Below the pieces are notes generated by a model, which was not told the origin of the DNA, did no database searches, and saw only the letters and a list, made by a program, of their open reading frames with translations. From Mobula hypostoma (Eukaryota), in NCBI RefSeq assembly GCF_963921235.1, contig NC_086097.1, forward strand, positions 204,478,001 through 204,542,000: a stretch of 64,000 nucleotides of DNA. Reading direction: 5' to 3'. The translations under genes and the position numbers were made by a program. This document shows positions 11,393 to 24,557 of this stretch, piece after piece; the first letter of the stretch is position 1; the number at the start of each line of letters is the position of its first letter.

Positions 11393-14300
11393 TAATTACT
11401 TATAACATGGGATGAATAATAAACTGTCACTGAAAGAAATCGGATATTTTATTCCTTTTAGTTGTTTCCATCACTTCTTGGTCCTTATTCCTCTGTATCA
11501 GAAAGGAATAAGGACCAAAGGCCAAAATCATTTTGTATTCAATGTTTAAATTGCCTTTACAAATATTCACAGTTCATTCTCAGTTAGCAACCATATCAAT
11601 TTTAAATAAGGACTGGAATTTGAAAGGATTGAAAACTTATGACAATCATAATCCTATCTCGTGTTTGCAAGAAGACCAATTCCAACAGAATTTTGAAGTT
11701 TTCTTCAGAATTAATTCACGACATTCATCCCATCGAAACTAATCAAATATGAATAAATGTGTTATTTTGATTTTATCTATTTATTCCTCTCATAAAATTT
11801 GAATTATACTTGAAATATAGTTTATTACAAAGTGTTATTGTTGTTTTCTGTGATTGTAATGATTCCATTTCTATAATGCTTGTATCTTTTATAACTTCTG
11901 TCTTAAATATTTTCTTGTCACCACACTCCATATTCAATTGAAGAACTGAATCTCAGTAAAATGGGATGCATAACAATTTTAGTTGAAAACAAATTGGTGA
12001 GGACATTTGCTGTATAGACATTTTAGTAAGACTAAAGGTCAGAAATGATCACACCCATTCCTTAGAACATGATATTGCAATTTGAAGCAGTATATGGAAG
12101 AAAATTGAAAGCAAATCTTAGTGGAAGAAAGTCTGGATCACATTATGCTAAGACTTGCTGAAAATTGCTTTTTAGTTATACTTGGTTTTCAATAAATTCT
12201 CATATTTGATTTAGGCCCACAATTGACCCTTTGGTTACATAAAAAAAGATGATTTTTCACATGCTTTGTTACCAGAAGGTTTATTTCAAACTGGAATACA
12301 GTCCGTATGCAGACTTGTTTTGACTGAATATTGCTAATTAATAGGTACTGGAGTTGTATAAATGAGACTACCTTAAATATACCAAGTAATTCATATATAG
12401 TGGTAAAGTGACACATTTAAAACTTCCATTAATATGCTATAGTGTGGCAAAGATATATTAAAACATTAAGGATTTAAAAAAAATGCACAAGTGGTTAATC
12501 CTAAGAGATTGAGCCTTCATTATTGTCCCAGAAAATTATCCACTTGCTAATCCATCCAACGGCATCTTCTTTGCTATTCGTTGCACCATTCTAATAATGT
12601 CAGTATCACCTCTAGCAACTAGAAAAATACAAGGATGTCAGCTGCCACTATTGGAAACCACTACAACCAATTACCTGTGTATCTCAAAAATCATTCACAG
12701 CTGCCAGTGTTGCAGAGAAAATCTTGCATTGGACTTTATTACAGCACATATCTTGAACTCCGATTTCCAATTTCCAATTTACATTTTTCAGTATGTCATA
12801 TTCTATTCACTTCTATTTCTAAGTTGAACTTCTGATTAGACTTCAAATAGAGCAGCCTATCAACCTTTGTAATTTAAAATCTAGGGATTACATTTTGTAG
12901 TGACTAAAACTGTATCATGCTCAGAATATTAATGTGCCTGATTTACTAAAAACTATTTACCACAATTTCTTTGTGCAGTCAATTATATCAAGTACTGCAT
13001 CTATAAAATGTTTGCTACAACTACACATTACTGAAAGAGTTTGGAAGTAAAGTCCAAGTTCATTTTGCACACAAAATCTATTTTCCTCTTCCTTGGCTCC
13101 ATTCCTATTAAACACAAATCCACCAATTCTCATGACATCTGATCAAGTTAAAAATTCCAGTCTATTCAGCCATATTTCTCTTTCAAATGAATCACCAACA
13201 AGTAGACAAATTGCAATCAGGGCATTATGATAATTTATTTTTCAATTATTGTTCACTTGGGGTTTCAAAAAGCAGTGGAAATACATTTATTCATGCAGTT
13301 TATTATTAATCTTGAAACTGTTAATATGCCAGCACTTAAAGCAGTCTATTGGAATGACAATGGTATGATGCAAAATTAGACGAAGTCATTCTGATGAAGG
13401 AGTTACACAATGCTGCTTGAGTCTCTGCATCTCTACATCAGAATTACCATTATTTTTGTAATAAAGATGTCACTTAAACATTGTTTATCCTCAAAAGGAA
13501 GAGCTGCATGCCCACATTTCCCAGTTATATTAGCTGATTAAGTGCCACAGAACATTGATTTTACTTTTCATTATTTTACCTCAAAATAAAATGAAAATTT
13601 GGTCTCATGGATGAAGAGATAAATAAAGGTCAATAATTTGCATTTGGTGACATGTCTATGATGCAAACGCTCAGTGAATGCTGATTCAGTCAAAATATTC
13701 AGAGTTGGCGAACTTGGAGTAAACGCAGATCTGAAAACATTGGATGGGAAAGAAAAAAACCCAGAACAGCATTGAAAAGTAGATTGCATTAAAATGTATT
13801 GCTGATAAACTCACAATAACTTCACACCCACACTTTTCATTTCATAAGCAAGTACAATGCATTAAAAGGCGAAGGAAAAAGGTACATTTTTTAAGAATAA
13901 CAAGGAATAATCATATTTTTTCAAAGTAGATAGCACAGTATGGTAAAGCTTTTATAATGTCTATTCTTGGTGCAAAATGACCTTCAGACTTCAGAACTTG
14001 CAATTCTACATCCTAACACAAATATAACAGCATGAGAAAAAGAAAAAAAAAGGAAATGTAAACCATAAATAGAATTTTAAAGTTTTAAGCTTTTCAAGGG
14101 AGCATTTGATATCAAGAAATGGACAGTTCACTTTATTACTTGGTAATTTGCCAGATCTCATGTAAATGGAAACAAAATGAAAAAATGGAGGCAAGCTACT
14201 GCAGGTATTCAGCTAGAATCAAGAAATCACAAAGCTGTTGTTTAGTGAAACAACTTTTGGACATTTTTGAAGGGATTTTTACATATGAAACATCTGCAAG

Positions 14301-14729
14301 GGCTACTCGATAAGGACTTTAAATGATTATTCAAAAAGTTGCATGTCTAACTCTTCATGAACTGAAATTATCAAAATTATGCAGTTGAAGTTCTAAAGAG
14401 AAAGAATATAGATTTACAATCCCCAATAAATAGAGAATGAAGACAGAAAACAGTGGAAATATCTTTAGGTCAGGTAGCATCTTTAGAGTTTTCAGTTTGA
14501 TGTCTTTTATCATAACTAGGAAATCAAACATTCTTTATGTTGGAGAGGACAAAGAAAATGTCTGTGCGACCCAATGACAAATTAATGGTAGATATTTTCT
14601 TCATATCAGCTGAGAGTGGGTCATTGAGTCACACTGCATAGTCAGATTCCACATGGGCCAAAGAACGTCATTTCCACTAAGCCTAACTAATTCTTTTTCT
14701 GATTCTTCCCTCATTCCGATCAATTCCAT

Positions 14730-15590
14730 CCAAAGGAGCCAACAGAATCAAAGCCTCCACCCACCCCAGATATTCTCTTTTTTCCCTCTTCCATCAGGCA
14801 GAAGTGGCAAAAACCTGAAAGCACATACGAGCAGGCTCAAGGAGTGTCACAACTATGGATTCCGCTGGGTGGTCTATACACCCCCACAGGCCGGCTGTGC
14901 CATAGGTTCACCAATTGTGCTTGTGAGCATGGATGTACCAGCTAGTTACTGCTTTGTTGTGGCATTATTTAACTCCATTCTTTTTGCTCTTGTCTTGTCG
15001 AGATTTGACCAAAAGCATAGTGATGTTACGCTCCCTGCATACGCTCATCCTTGTCTGGGAAAGAGGACTACCGTTTCGATTGATGCTGGATAGGAGCAGT
15101 ATTTATCTAGTATTAGATGTTGTTTTCAGCCACACTGTGGGCATTTAACTTTCAGATTGAGAACTTTTGTTAAAGGCCCTGTTGGCCTAACGTTTATTGT
15201 TTTCCTTTTCCTTTGAATTCCTTAACAGTTTCCATTGAAGTCAGTGAACTGTCAACCCATTTCAGTGTCTCTCTCTCCGCACTTGGGTCACATCCAAACA
15301 TTCTGACAAAGGCAGCTTCTATCCTGTTTATCAGAGTCTTGAATGGACCTGTCGTATGATAGGATGGACTCTTGAGCTCACAATATAACACATTAACATC
15401 TTGCACCTTTTTTGCTTATCAGCTTTGTAGTTCCTCTGTAGCTGTTACATTTAATTCTGCATTGTTATTGTTCTGCTTTGTTCTACCCTCAGTACACTGT
15501 ATAATGATTTGATCTGCATGAACAGTATGCAAAACAAGGTTTTCACTGTATCTCTGTACAGCAATAAACCAATTCCAACACCAATTCTAA
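14730..15590 (+). mobile_element. Rex1/Babar LINE 3' fragment interrupted by a solo LTR
   Basis: FSFFPLPSGRSGKNLKAHTSRLK then SFYP after the LTR; AATAAA and short-repeat tail at ~15563-15590. Confidence 0.7.
14845..15308 (+). mobile_element. Solo LTR related to the chromovirus LTRs at 33860 and 36521
   Basis: TGTCACAA..CTGACA termini; the 3' half matches the reverse complement of 36521-36670; the host LINE resumes on both sides. Confidence 0.75.
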
Positions 15591-15599
15591 TTCCGACTG

Positions 15600-15810
15600 C
15601 TATCACTTCCCTCCCTGCACACTAGGGCCAATTTTCTGTAGCCAAATTAATTTCCTGACCTGTGGAACAATGGAACGAAGGAGAAAAACAGAGCCTTGGA
15701 AGAAGCCCACATGGTCATAGGTGAACTTGCAAACTCAACATAGACAGCATCCTAGGTCTGGAATCAAGCCGGGTTGCTGGCAATGTGAAGCAACAGCTCT
15801 CCTTGCAGTG
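15600..15810 (-). mobile_element. Decayed V-SINE/HE1-like SINE
   Basis: Similar to 11223-11392 and 27520-27728. Confidence 0.55.
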
Positions 15811-16000
15811 CGAATGTGTCGAGTGGTGAAGGCCAGTTTGCTACAAATTGGAGCAGGAACCGGCCGTTTAGCCCTTTTTTCCAACTCTGCCATTACATTA
15901 AGGATTAGTCATTTCAAACTGAGATGTGCAGTAACTTCTTCTAGCAGATTGTGATGAACGCCTTTGAAATTCTTTACTACAGAAGATTATGGAGGCTATT

Positions 16001-16020
16001 CATCATCATCATCATCATCA
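16001..16020 (+). repeat. (CAT)n microsatellite, the RTE 3' tail
   Basis: CATCATCATCATCATCATCA abutting the TSD. Confidence 0.9.
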
Positions 16021-16964
16021 GGTGCCGTGCCCAGTTTGAGCTTTGACTGCTATGGCCCACACACTCCTGTTTCGGGTCAAGTGGATCAATTCATTGGTAT
16101 TCATTTCCAGTTTTCTGGCTGCTGTCTCTATCATCATTTGTCATTGTCTTCCTCTTGCTTTCTTCCCTTCAATCTTTCCCATAATTGCCATGCAACTCCT
16201 CTTTCCTAATTACATGTCCAATGAAGTTACATTGTCTTTTCATGATCTCATACATTATTTCTCTTTTTGTGTTTGTACTGTTCATGACATCCTCGTTAGA
16301 TACTCGTTTTGTCCATGATATTCTTTGCATCCTCCTCAAAAACCACATCTCTGCTGCTTTAATTCGTTTCCTCACGTTACTAGATATTGTCCAACATTCT
16401 GAGCCATATAACATAACTGGATAAACGTAACATAATATTCTGCCGCTGTAAGTATAGATGGAGAAGTGAGTCAGTTTATGAAAATCAAGAGAGGCGTTAG
16501 ACAAGGGTGTGTTTTCTCCCCTGATTTATTTAATGTGTACAGTGAAACAATATTACAGAAAATAAGAGACATCTTGGGAATCAAAGTTGGCAGTGTAAAC
16601 ATCAATAATTTCAGATATGCAGATGACACTATGTTAATTGCAAGTACGGAGGAAGAACTAGAAAACTTAATTGATATAGTTGTTGAAGAAAGTGCAAAAA
16701 TGGGTCTATCTATCAATTGCAAAAAGACAGAATGTATGGTGATATCCAAAAAGAAGGAGAATCCTATCTGCAGGCTGAGAATAAACAGGGAAGACATAAA
16801 ACAAGTACAGAACTTTTGCTACTTGAGAAGCTGGGTGAGATCAGATGGAGATGCGACATGGACATCAAAAGAAGAATAGGGATGGCAAAAGATACCTTTA
16901 TGAGAATGAAGAGTATACTGACCAATACTAAACTAGGCATGACAACCTGCCTCAGAGTATTGAA
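16001..16964. mobile_element. RTE-clade LINE with 5' inversion (minus 3' part 16001-16433 with (GAT)n tail; inverted RT part 16440-16964)
   Basis: RT motifs KRGVRQGCVFSPDLFNVY and NNFRYADDTML on plus; CYVYPVMLYGSECW..AEMWFLRRM on minus; 12-bp TSD ATGGAGGCTATT at 15989-16000 and 16965-16976. Confidence 0.9.
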
Positions 16965-18051
16965 ATGGAGGCTATTACTGAGAGACATTTAAAGAGAAAG
17001 TAAATACACTTTGAATGAGGGGGGAATTGAGAACCTTGGGGAACTGATACAGATGAGGGGATGAGACCTGAGCCAATCAGCCACAGGTGGGGTGGTGGAA
17101 CAAGCTTGAGGGTCTGGTGCCTATTCCAGTTGTTTTCTTATGCTCTTTGTAAGATCATAGCCAATCATTTACCTCAGCACCTACATTAAGTTCATGTGCC
17201 TTGAAGAATTTAACATGTAAAAACCTAAAAATAATCTCATATCTACATCAGTGAGTTTATCATCATCTGAGCAACAATTTGGGTACACAAAGGAAGAGAT
17301 CCATAATGACACAGCAAACAAGATAGACAAGTTTTAGTGCCTGGTCCATGTCAGAGGTGCAGCATCCTCTTATTGAATCTGAATAACCTTTTCAGTATTT
17401 GTTTTACAAGAAGTTTGCAGTCTCATGGAACAATTTCATTGGGCAGTGAATAAAAACAGTCAAAATTTAACCAGAATCTCAGTGGGATAGTTATTAATAT
17501 GCTTTTCATTAACTTTCTCAGCTTGAGTTGGAAAAAAATCTTCCATTTCTGAAATATATAAACACATTGAAAAGCAATTCTGATGAAGGGCTTTAATTTG
17601 AAACATTAACCCAGTTTCTCTCTCCACAGTGCTTGGTGAATATCTCCACCATCTTCTGTTTTTAATTCACTCTCATAATGCTACTTTCTTTATCGTATTC
17701 TCCAATTCTTTGCTTGCCTCAAGTGACACGTCCTTATTCCATGAAGAAAACTGGAACAATATTAATGTTATCTGTGGTTATCATGAAACCACTGGAAGGG
17801 AAAGATTGCAGTATAGTATTCAACAACACTTCAGATTCAAATCCCCAAACCTTTCTTATTCAAAGAAGACTCAATTAGGGGAGAAACCCCCACAAATACT
17901 GTAAATGTGAAATAAAATTAGAATGCTGGAAACATTCAGCAGTTCAGGCAGTAGATGTGGGAAGAGAAACAGAGTTGATATATCCAGCCAATGGCCCTTC
18001 AACAAACTAGAAAAATGCAAGAACAATTATTCAAGTTTCAGAAAGGGTAGC

Positions 18052-18295
18052 TGCTATGCTTTGTAACTCTAAAAACATAAAATTAATTGAAAGGAAACAT
18101 GGAGCCAGGAACGCATGTTTTAGTTTTGTTTTTACTTTAGTGAGGTGCACATGTATGACATGGTAATGTAATGATATATGCCTTTCACGTACTCTTACAT
18201 ATAACCTGTAATGAATTATTTAAATGAATAAGAATGCTTAATGCAGTATATTAATACTGTTACTCAAATATTACTGAAATATTCAATACACAACA
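18052..18295 (-). repeat. 3' LTR of the Mag-like Gypsy element
   Basis: On minus, polypurine tract GGGAGGAG directly precedes TGTTGTGTATTG..CATAGCA. Confidence 0.65.
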
Positions 18296-18715
18296 CTCCT
18301 CCCTGATTAGCTATAAGCTCTCTTTCCTGCTTGCAGGTGAGACTGGTGGCTGTGAAACAATGTCAGGCTCTGGAGCCATGGTGGTTATGGGAGTTAACGA
18401 TGGGACTGCAGGAAGTGGTTCTGAGAGCTCTGACCACCTTCCTTTTCTAACAATTGACTCTGTTCTCTTCAAATGTTCGATGTGTCATCTCCATCTATAA
18501 GAGAGTGGCCCAGTTCTGTCCTTAATCTTTCTGAGTACCCATTTTTGATCACCTCTATAGTGCCTTGCCAGGACTGTTTGTCCAGGAACCTTCTTGTTTG
18601 TGGTGCTGTCAATTTGTCTCAGTTGCTTGTGCTGTATGCTCCTTCTGAGATTGGGTTTGAGGAGATTTAAGCATGAATGCAAGGGATGACCCAGTAACAG
18701 TATAGCTGGTGAGTT

Positions 18716-18943
18716 CAAGCAACGCACATCAAAGTTGCTGGTGAACGCAGCAGGCCAGGCAGCATCTCTAGGAAGAGGTACAGTTGACGTTTCGGCCGAG
18801 ACCCTTCATCAGGACTAACTGAAGGAAGAGCTAGTAAGAGATTTGAAAGTGGGAGGGGGAGGGGGAGATCCGAAATGATAGGAGAAGACAGGAGGGGGAA
18901 GGATGGAGCCAAGAGCTGGACAGTTGATTGGCAAAAGGGATAT
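18716..18943 (-). mobile_element. Short young PLE pLTR insertion in Gypsy integrase
   Basis: 10-bp TSD CTGGTGAGTT at 18706-18715 and 18944-18953; near-identical to the other young pLTR copies. Confidence 0.9.
18781..18817 (-). ncRNA. Minimal type I hammerhead ribozyme
   Basis: Reverse complement TAGTC-CTGATGA-AGGGTCTCGGCC-GAAACGTC-AACTG; core intact, one stem I mismatch. Confidence 0.7.
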
Positions 18944-20589
18944 CTGGTGAGTTGTTGGGTGTGGAGTGTGCTACACTGTGATATGTAAGGAGAAAACTGG
19001 CAAGCTTCTGATTCAGTGTCGGTGTAGTGCGTTCTGCTGACATTGCTCACAGTGCACTCTTTAAATTCTGGACTAACCTTTCCACCAAGCCTTTGATAGA
19101 CGCGTGATACAGTGCAGCTATAATATCTTACTCTTATTCTATTTATTTTCAGTAATGACTGTAACTATTTCACAACAAACTGTGAGCCATTGTCACTGAT
19201 TAAATGTTCTGGAGTACCTGCCCTTGAGAAGAGGCTTCTCAATACTTCAACAATGTGTGAGGCTGTAGTGGAGGCTATCGGAATACTTCTGGCCACTTTG
19301 TAGCTGTATTCACTACTACCAAGAAATTTGTGCCTAAGAATTGTCTGGCAAAATCCACATGAATCCTCTGCCAGGGCAATGCAGGCCATTCCCAGAGATG
19401 GAGAGGCACTGCTCTTGGCATCTTCTGCATGTGCTGGCTTTCCAAACGGTACATGGCAAGCTGCTTGATCTGTCAATCTAGCCCAGGCCACCAGACAAAA
19501 CTGAAAGCCAACAATTTAGTTTTGACCATCCCTAAATGACTGACATGTAGCTCCTCCAACACTTTAGCTCGCAGCTTGGATGGTACAACAACTCTCAATC
19601 CCTACATAAGGCAACCCCCAAACGCAAGTTCATCCTGGTGCTGGAAAAATAGGGGAACTGGGATTTCTAGTTCATATTCCAGCCATTTTAAGTAGCCATA
19701 TAGACCTGAGGCAGTGTGGGGTCCTTTCTCTTTTCCATTTGGATCATCTCTGCAGTAATAGTGTGACTTTCACTTTGCGTGAGGGAGAACACAACAAGAG
19801 AAGTGCCCACTTTTGTAAATTTTTCAGGTACAGTATTGCCTTTTCCAAGAGTAAATGTGACAATCCATCAGCAGTTCCAAGATTAGCTGTGCTCTTGAAT
19901 TTGATCTTTTAATCATGCCCTCCAAGAAACAAAGCCCTTCTCTGCCTTTGTGCTGTTGCTGTTCGTGGATTGCAAATGGATACTAGTGGTTGGTGGTCAG
20001 TAATGGGGGTAAACTCTGTTCCATGCAAGTACTGGTTGAAATGTTTTACATCCCAAATGAAACTCACGGCCTCTCTGTCAATCTGTGCATAAATTTTCTC
20101 TGCAGTGGTAAGGGAACGTGGTGCGAAGGCTATGGGGCATTTAGTCCCATCACTCACAGTGTCTCACATAGTACCGTAAGGTGAGAGGTAACAGGTAAGT
20201 TTTACTGGATGATGTGGATCATAATGTGTGAGTACAGTGTCTGACATCATCATTTCCTTCACACTGCATTGTCCATTGCCATTTTTTTCTACTCTGTAAT
20301 AATCAAAGGGTGGGTCACAGTAGCCTGGTTTCACAGGAACCTATTACAGTCATCGACAAATCCTAAAAAGGACCGCAACTGTTACACATCCTTTGATTTT
20401 GGGGTATCCACCACTGCTTGAATTTCTCAGCACATTTGTATGATCCTTGTGCTTTAATGTTGTGGCCGCAGTAAGTGATACTGGTTTAAATAATTCACAT
20501 TTCTGGGAGATGTTCCTTGTCATCCTCACTCGAAACAATGATGTCATCTAGGCAACACTGAATGCATGGACAGCCTTTCAGCACCTCAG

Positions 20590-21450
20590 AGTTCAACGTT
20601 CGAAGTACATTTATTATCAAAGTATGTATATGATATATAACATAGAGATTCATCTCCTTGGCGGTCACAGAACAAGGAACCCAATAGAGCCCATTAAAAA
20701 AAGATTGGTGAAATATCACCCTATATGCAGAAAAAAAACAAATCAAGCAAATATTAGTATTCAGAACTGAAGTTCACAAGAGTGCAAGGAAATCTTATTT
20801 CCACATCAGATTCAGACCTAAATTTTCAAGAGATTCTTTATTTTCCGTGACATGGAGAGCCATCCCTCCTGAGAACAGCAACTCTGCCTTTTGTTATGAA
20901 AGAGTTCATTCATATGACATATAGACAATTATTAGTGATAAAACAGGAACTTTGCCCCAGACATTTTTCAACTGAATAAAAACACTCAAGTCACATAGTC
21001 TTGTGATTTACACACATAGTAGGCTGAAGGGCAGTACCTGATTTCTGCTGATTTATGCATTGAGCAGTGCAGACAAGTAATACTATAGTCACGCAAAGGT
21101 ATGAACCCCTAGTTTGGCAAACTTCCTCCACTGAGAGTGAGTTCACTGCCAATAAGTCAGTCACAGCCGATCCAGGAGCTTTTAGTTGCAGGCCATAGCC
21201 TTGAGTGCAGAGATAAATAAACTCCACGAGCAGTGAGCTGAACATTGGCCTGTCACTCTCCTCCGTCTCCAACCCGCTGACCTTTTCAACCTGGCCCAGC
21301 ACTTAAATCAGTCAAACAACGGGTCGTTCCTCAGTCTCAGACATGTGCCCTGCTGCTTCAATACGCTATTAGACCCAAGTCCCACTGCTTTGATTTGGCC
21401 TGTATCTGACCTTTCCAAACTGGCCTGGTGCTAAAACCGGTCAAGCATCA
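20590..21450 (-). mobile_element. Probable non-autonomous retroposon with Rex/Babar-like 3' end (may contain a further insert)
   Basis: Interrupts the Gypsy RT; its tail region GTACATTTATTATCAAAG recurs at ~39795; no ORF. Confidence 0.4.
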
Positions 21451-21456
21451 GGTCAA

Positions 21457-22555
21457 CACGTACCAAATGCTGGAGGAACTCAGCAGGCCAGGACTCATCT
21501 ATTGAAAAGAGTAAATAGTTGACATTTCAGGCCAAGACCATTCATCAGGGCTGGAAAAAGCATGAGAAATTGGAGTAAGAAGGTGGTGGGGGGAGGGGAT
21601 GGAGAAGTACAAGATGGCAGGTGATAGGTGAAACTGGGAGAGGAAGAGGGGTGAAGTAAAGAGCTGGGAAGCTGACAGGTGAAAGAGGTAAAGGATTGAA
21701 GAAGGGGGAAATTTGATTGGAGAGGGTAGTAGACATTAGAAGAAAGAGAATGGAAGGAGCACCAGAGGGAGGTGATGGGCAAGTAAGGAGATGTGAGAGT
21801 GGGAAATGGGAATGGTGAAGACGGGAACAAATACCGGAAGTTCAAAAGCTTGATGTTCATGCTATCAGGTTGGAGGCTACCCAAATGGAACATAAGGTGT
21901 TGCTCCTCCAACCTGAGGGTGCCCTTATCGTGACAGTAAAGGAAGCCATCTGGTAACATGTTGAAATTGGAATGGGAAGTGGAATTAAAATGGATGGCCA
22001 TTGGGAGATCCTGCTTTTTCTGGTGGACAGGGCATAGGTGCTTGGTGAAGCAGCCTCCCAACCTATGTCAGGTGTCACCGATATACAGTCGGGCACAGCA
22101 GAAGCACCAGATCCGGTAGGTGACCCCAACAGATTCACTGGTAAAGTGTCCCCTCACCTGGAAGGACTGTTTGGGGCCCTGATTAGTAGTGAGGGAGGGG
22201 GTGTAGGGCAGGTATAGCACTTGTTCCATTTGCAAGGATAAGTGCCAGGAGGGAGATCAGTGGAGAGGGACGAATAGACAGGGGAGTTACGTAGGGAATG
22301 ATCCCTGCGGAAATCAGAAAGTAGGGAGAAGGGAAAGATGTGTTTGGTGGTGGGACCCCACTGGAGATGGCAGAAGTTACAGAGTATTATGTGCTGGACA
22401 CGGAGGCTGGTAGGGTGGTAGATGAGGACAAGAGAAACCCTATCTCTGGTAGGGTGGCAGGAGGATGGGGTGAGAGCAGACGTGTGTGAGATGAAAGAGA
22501 TGCGGTTGAGGGAAGCGTTGATGGTGGAGGAAGGGATGCTTCTTTCTTTGAAAAA
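21457..22555 (-). mobile_element. Older Neptune-type PLE, 3' part
   Basis: PGTYPCKWNKCYTCP linker; HFNSTSH..TLRLEEQHLMFHLGSLQPDSMNI; decayed hammerhead at ~21517-21553. Confidence 0.85.
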
Positions 22556-22989
22556 AGAGTAACACAATTTGTTTGCCCTGGTATACTTCGTTCTAGATGT
22601 TGCATTTTTACTCATGCTCACTTTCATTCCTGACTGCAACTCAGTCGTGACTCTGGCTGCTGTTCCCAATGATACAGCGATTCAAACTATTCTTTTAAAT
22701 ATGAATTGTGTTTCAGTTAGGAGCCATTTTTGAATGTTTCTTGTCAGATTCCACAAACTAAACTGTCTCTCAGTGCATCATTTAGGCAATGACTGAACTG
22801 AGAATGCTCAGACAATCTCTTCAATTCAGCCACATAAGCGGAAGTTGATTCCCTATCCTTTTGATTCTGCTTATGAAACCTAAAGCATACAGCAATCAAC
22901 AATATCTTTGGTTTTAAGTGTTCCTGCATTACTTTCATGATATCAGCAAAGCTCCTTTGGGCTGGTTTGTTTGGAGGAGTTAAACATCT

Positions 22990-23716
22990 AAGCCTCAGAG
23001 AGGGATCAGAAGTGGAGAAAGAGAGCAGTTTCATGTTCCTGGGTGTCAAGATCTCTGAGGATCTAAGCTGGTCCCAACATATGGATGCAGTTATAAAGAA
23101 GGCAAGACAGCAGATATACTTCATTAGGAGTTTGAAGAGATTTGGCATGTCAACAAATGCACTCAAGAACTTCAATAATCGTACTGTGGAGAGCATTCTG
23201 ACAGGCTGCATCACTGTCTGGTATGGAGTGGGGGGGGGGCGGGTGCTACTGCACAGGACTGAAAGAAGCTGCAGAAGGTTGTATATCTAGTTGGCTCCAT
23301 CTTGGGTACTAGCCTACAAAGTATCCAGGGCATCTTCAGGGATTGGTGTCTCAGAAAGGCAGTGTCCAGCACCCAGGACATGCCCTTTTCTCACTGTTGC
23401 TATCAGTTAGGAGATACAGAAGCCTGAAGGCACACACTCAGCGATTCAGGAACAGCTTCCTCCCCTCTGCCATCCGATTCCTAAATGGACATTGCACCTT
23501 TGGACACTACCTCAGTTTTTTAATATACAGTATCTCCGTTTTTTGCACATTTTATAATCTATTCAATATATGTATACTGTAATTGATATACTTATTTATT
23601 ATTATTACTTTTTTCTCTCTTCTATATTATGTATTGTATTGAACTGCTGCTGCTAACTTAACAAATTTCAATTTCACAACACATGCCGGTGATAATAAAC
23701 CTGATTCTGATTCTGA
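22990..23716 (+). mobile_element. Rex1/Babar LINE 3' end inserted in Gypsy gag
   Basis: FMFLGVKISEDLSWSQH..KKARQQIYFIRSLKRFG..TVESILTGCITVWYG; AATAAA and (CTGATT)n tail. Confidence 0.85.
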
Positions 23717-24557
23717 AACTGCACGCTTTTGCACCAATTGCACTCAGCAAAACTGGCACTTGCTTCTCAGAGGCTATTCCACTTGCTTTATAATACTGAT
23801 CAATTCACTTAGTATATAAGATCCAGTTATATCTTGTGCAATTGAGTACATTTATCTTTCTGATGAAGCAACTCATTTCTGCTATTTTTTAAATTTATGA
23901 TTACTATCACGTGATACTCACTGCTTATGAACCCATGAATTTGTCCATTATTTGCCTTTTTTTTTAACTCGACAATCTCTGTCCCTTCCTGAAGAACACA
24001 TGTGCTTTATTTTTACTCAACCATTTCTTGGTGTGCTTTTTTAAAACTCGAACATCTCACCCAGAGTTGTGTCACAGGGGCTGATGAAATGAGTGATTCC
24101 CCAGGTCGGAGACCGGTCTTGGCTTGGAAGTTCATATGGGCAGTGAGTCCTAGGTACGGATGGGAGTCACAAGAGGTCGGAGGTCTGTGAGAGCCTGGAA
24201 GTTAAGGTTCAAGCAAATCCGGTTGGAGGCCTCTTTGTTAGTGTGAGTGGGTTGAAGGGAGGGATGGAAAAGGGGCTCGTTTTGCCATTGTTGTCTTGTT
24301 GTTGATGTCGTCGTTGTTCTGTGGACCATTGTGGGCATGGTATGTTGGTGCCAAAATGTGTGGTAACAATTGCGGGCTGACTCCAACACATCCTTGGGCG
24401 TGCTGGTTGATAAGGCAAAGGTGACATTTTGCTGTATGTTTTGATGTACGTGTGATAATTCTAAATCTGAACCCGAAGCCAAGCACCATTTCAATGTTGT
24501 TGATGGAACTGCATCAGCCAGTCCCTCTGGCAGCCATGCGCAAGTCTGTGTGAATAG

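Larger units (their letters stand above)
18052..24060 (-). mobile_element. Decayed Gypsy (Mag-like) LTR retrotransposon, fragmented by four later insertions
   Basis: gag AEMSCF..LLSAIGAK (23720-23885) continues as MKVMQEHLKPK..FRFHKQNQ..LRDSLVCGI (22745-22990); RT CCLDDIIV; RNase H PIAFAPRSLTTAEKIYAQIDREA; integrase GTPEHLISDNGSQF. Confidence 0.8.
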
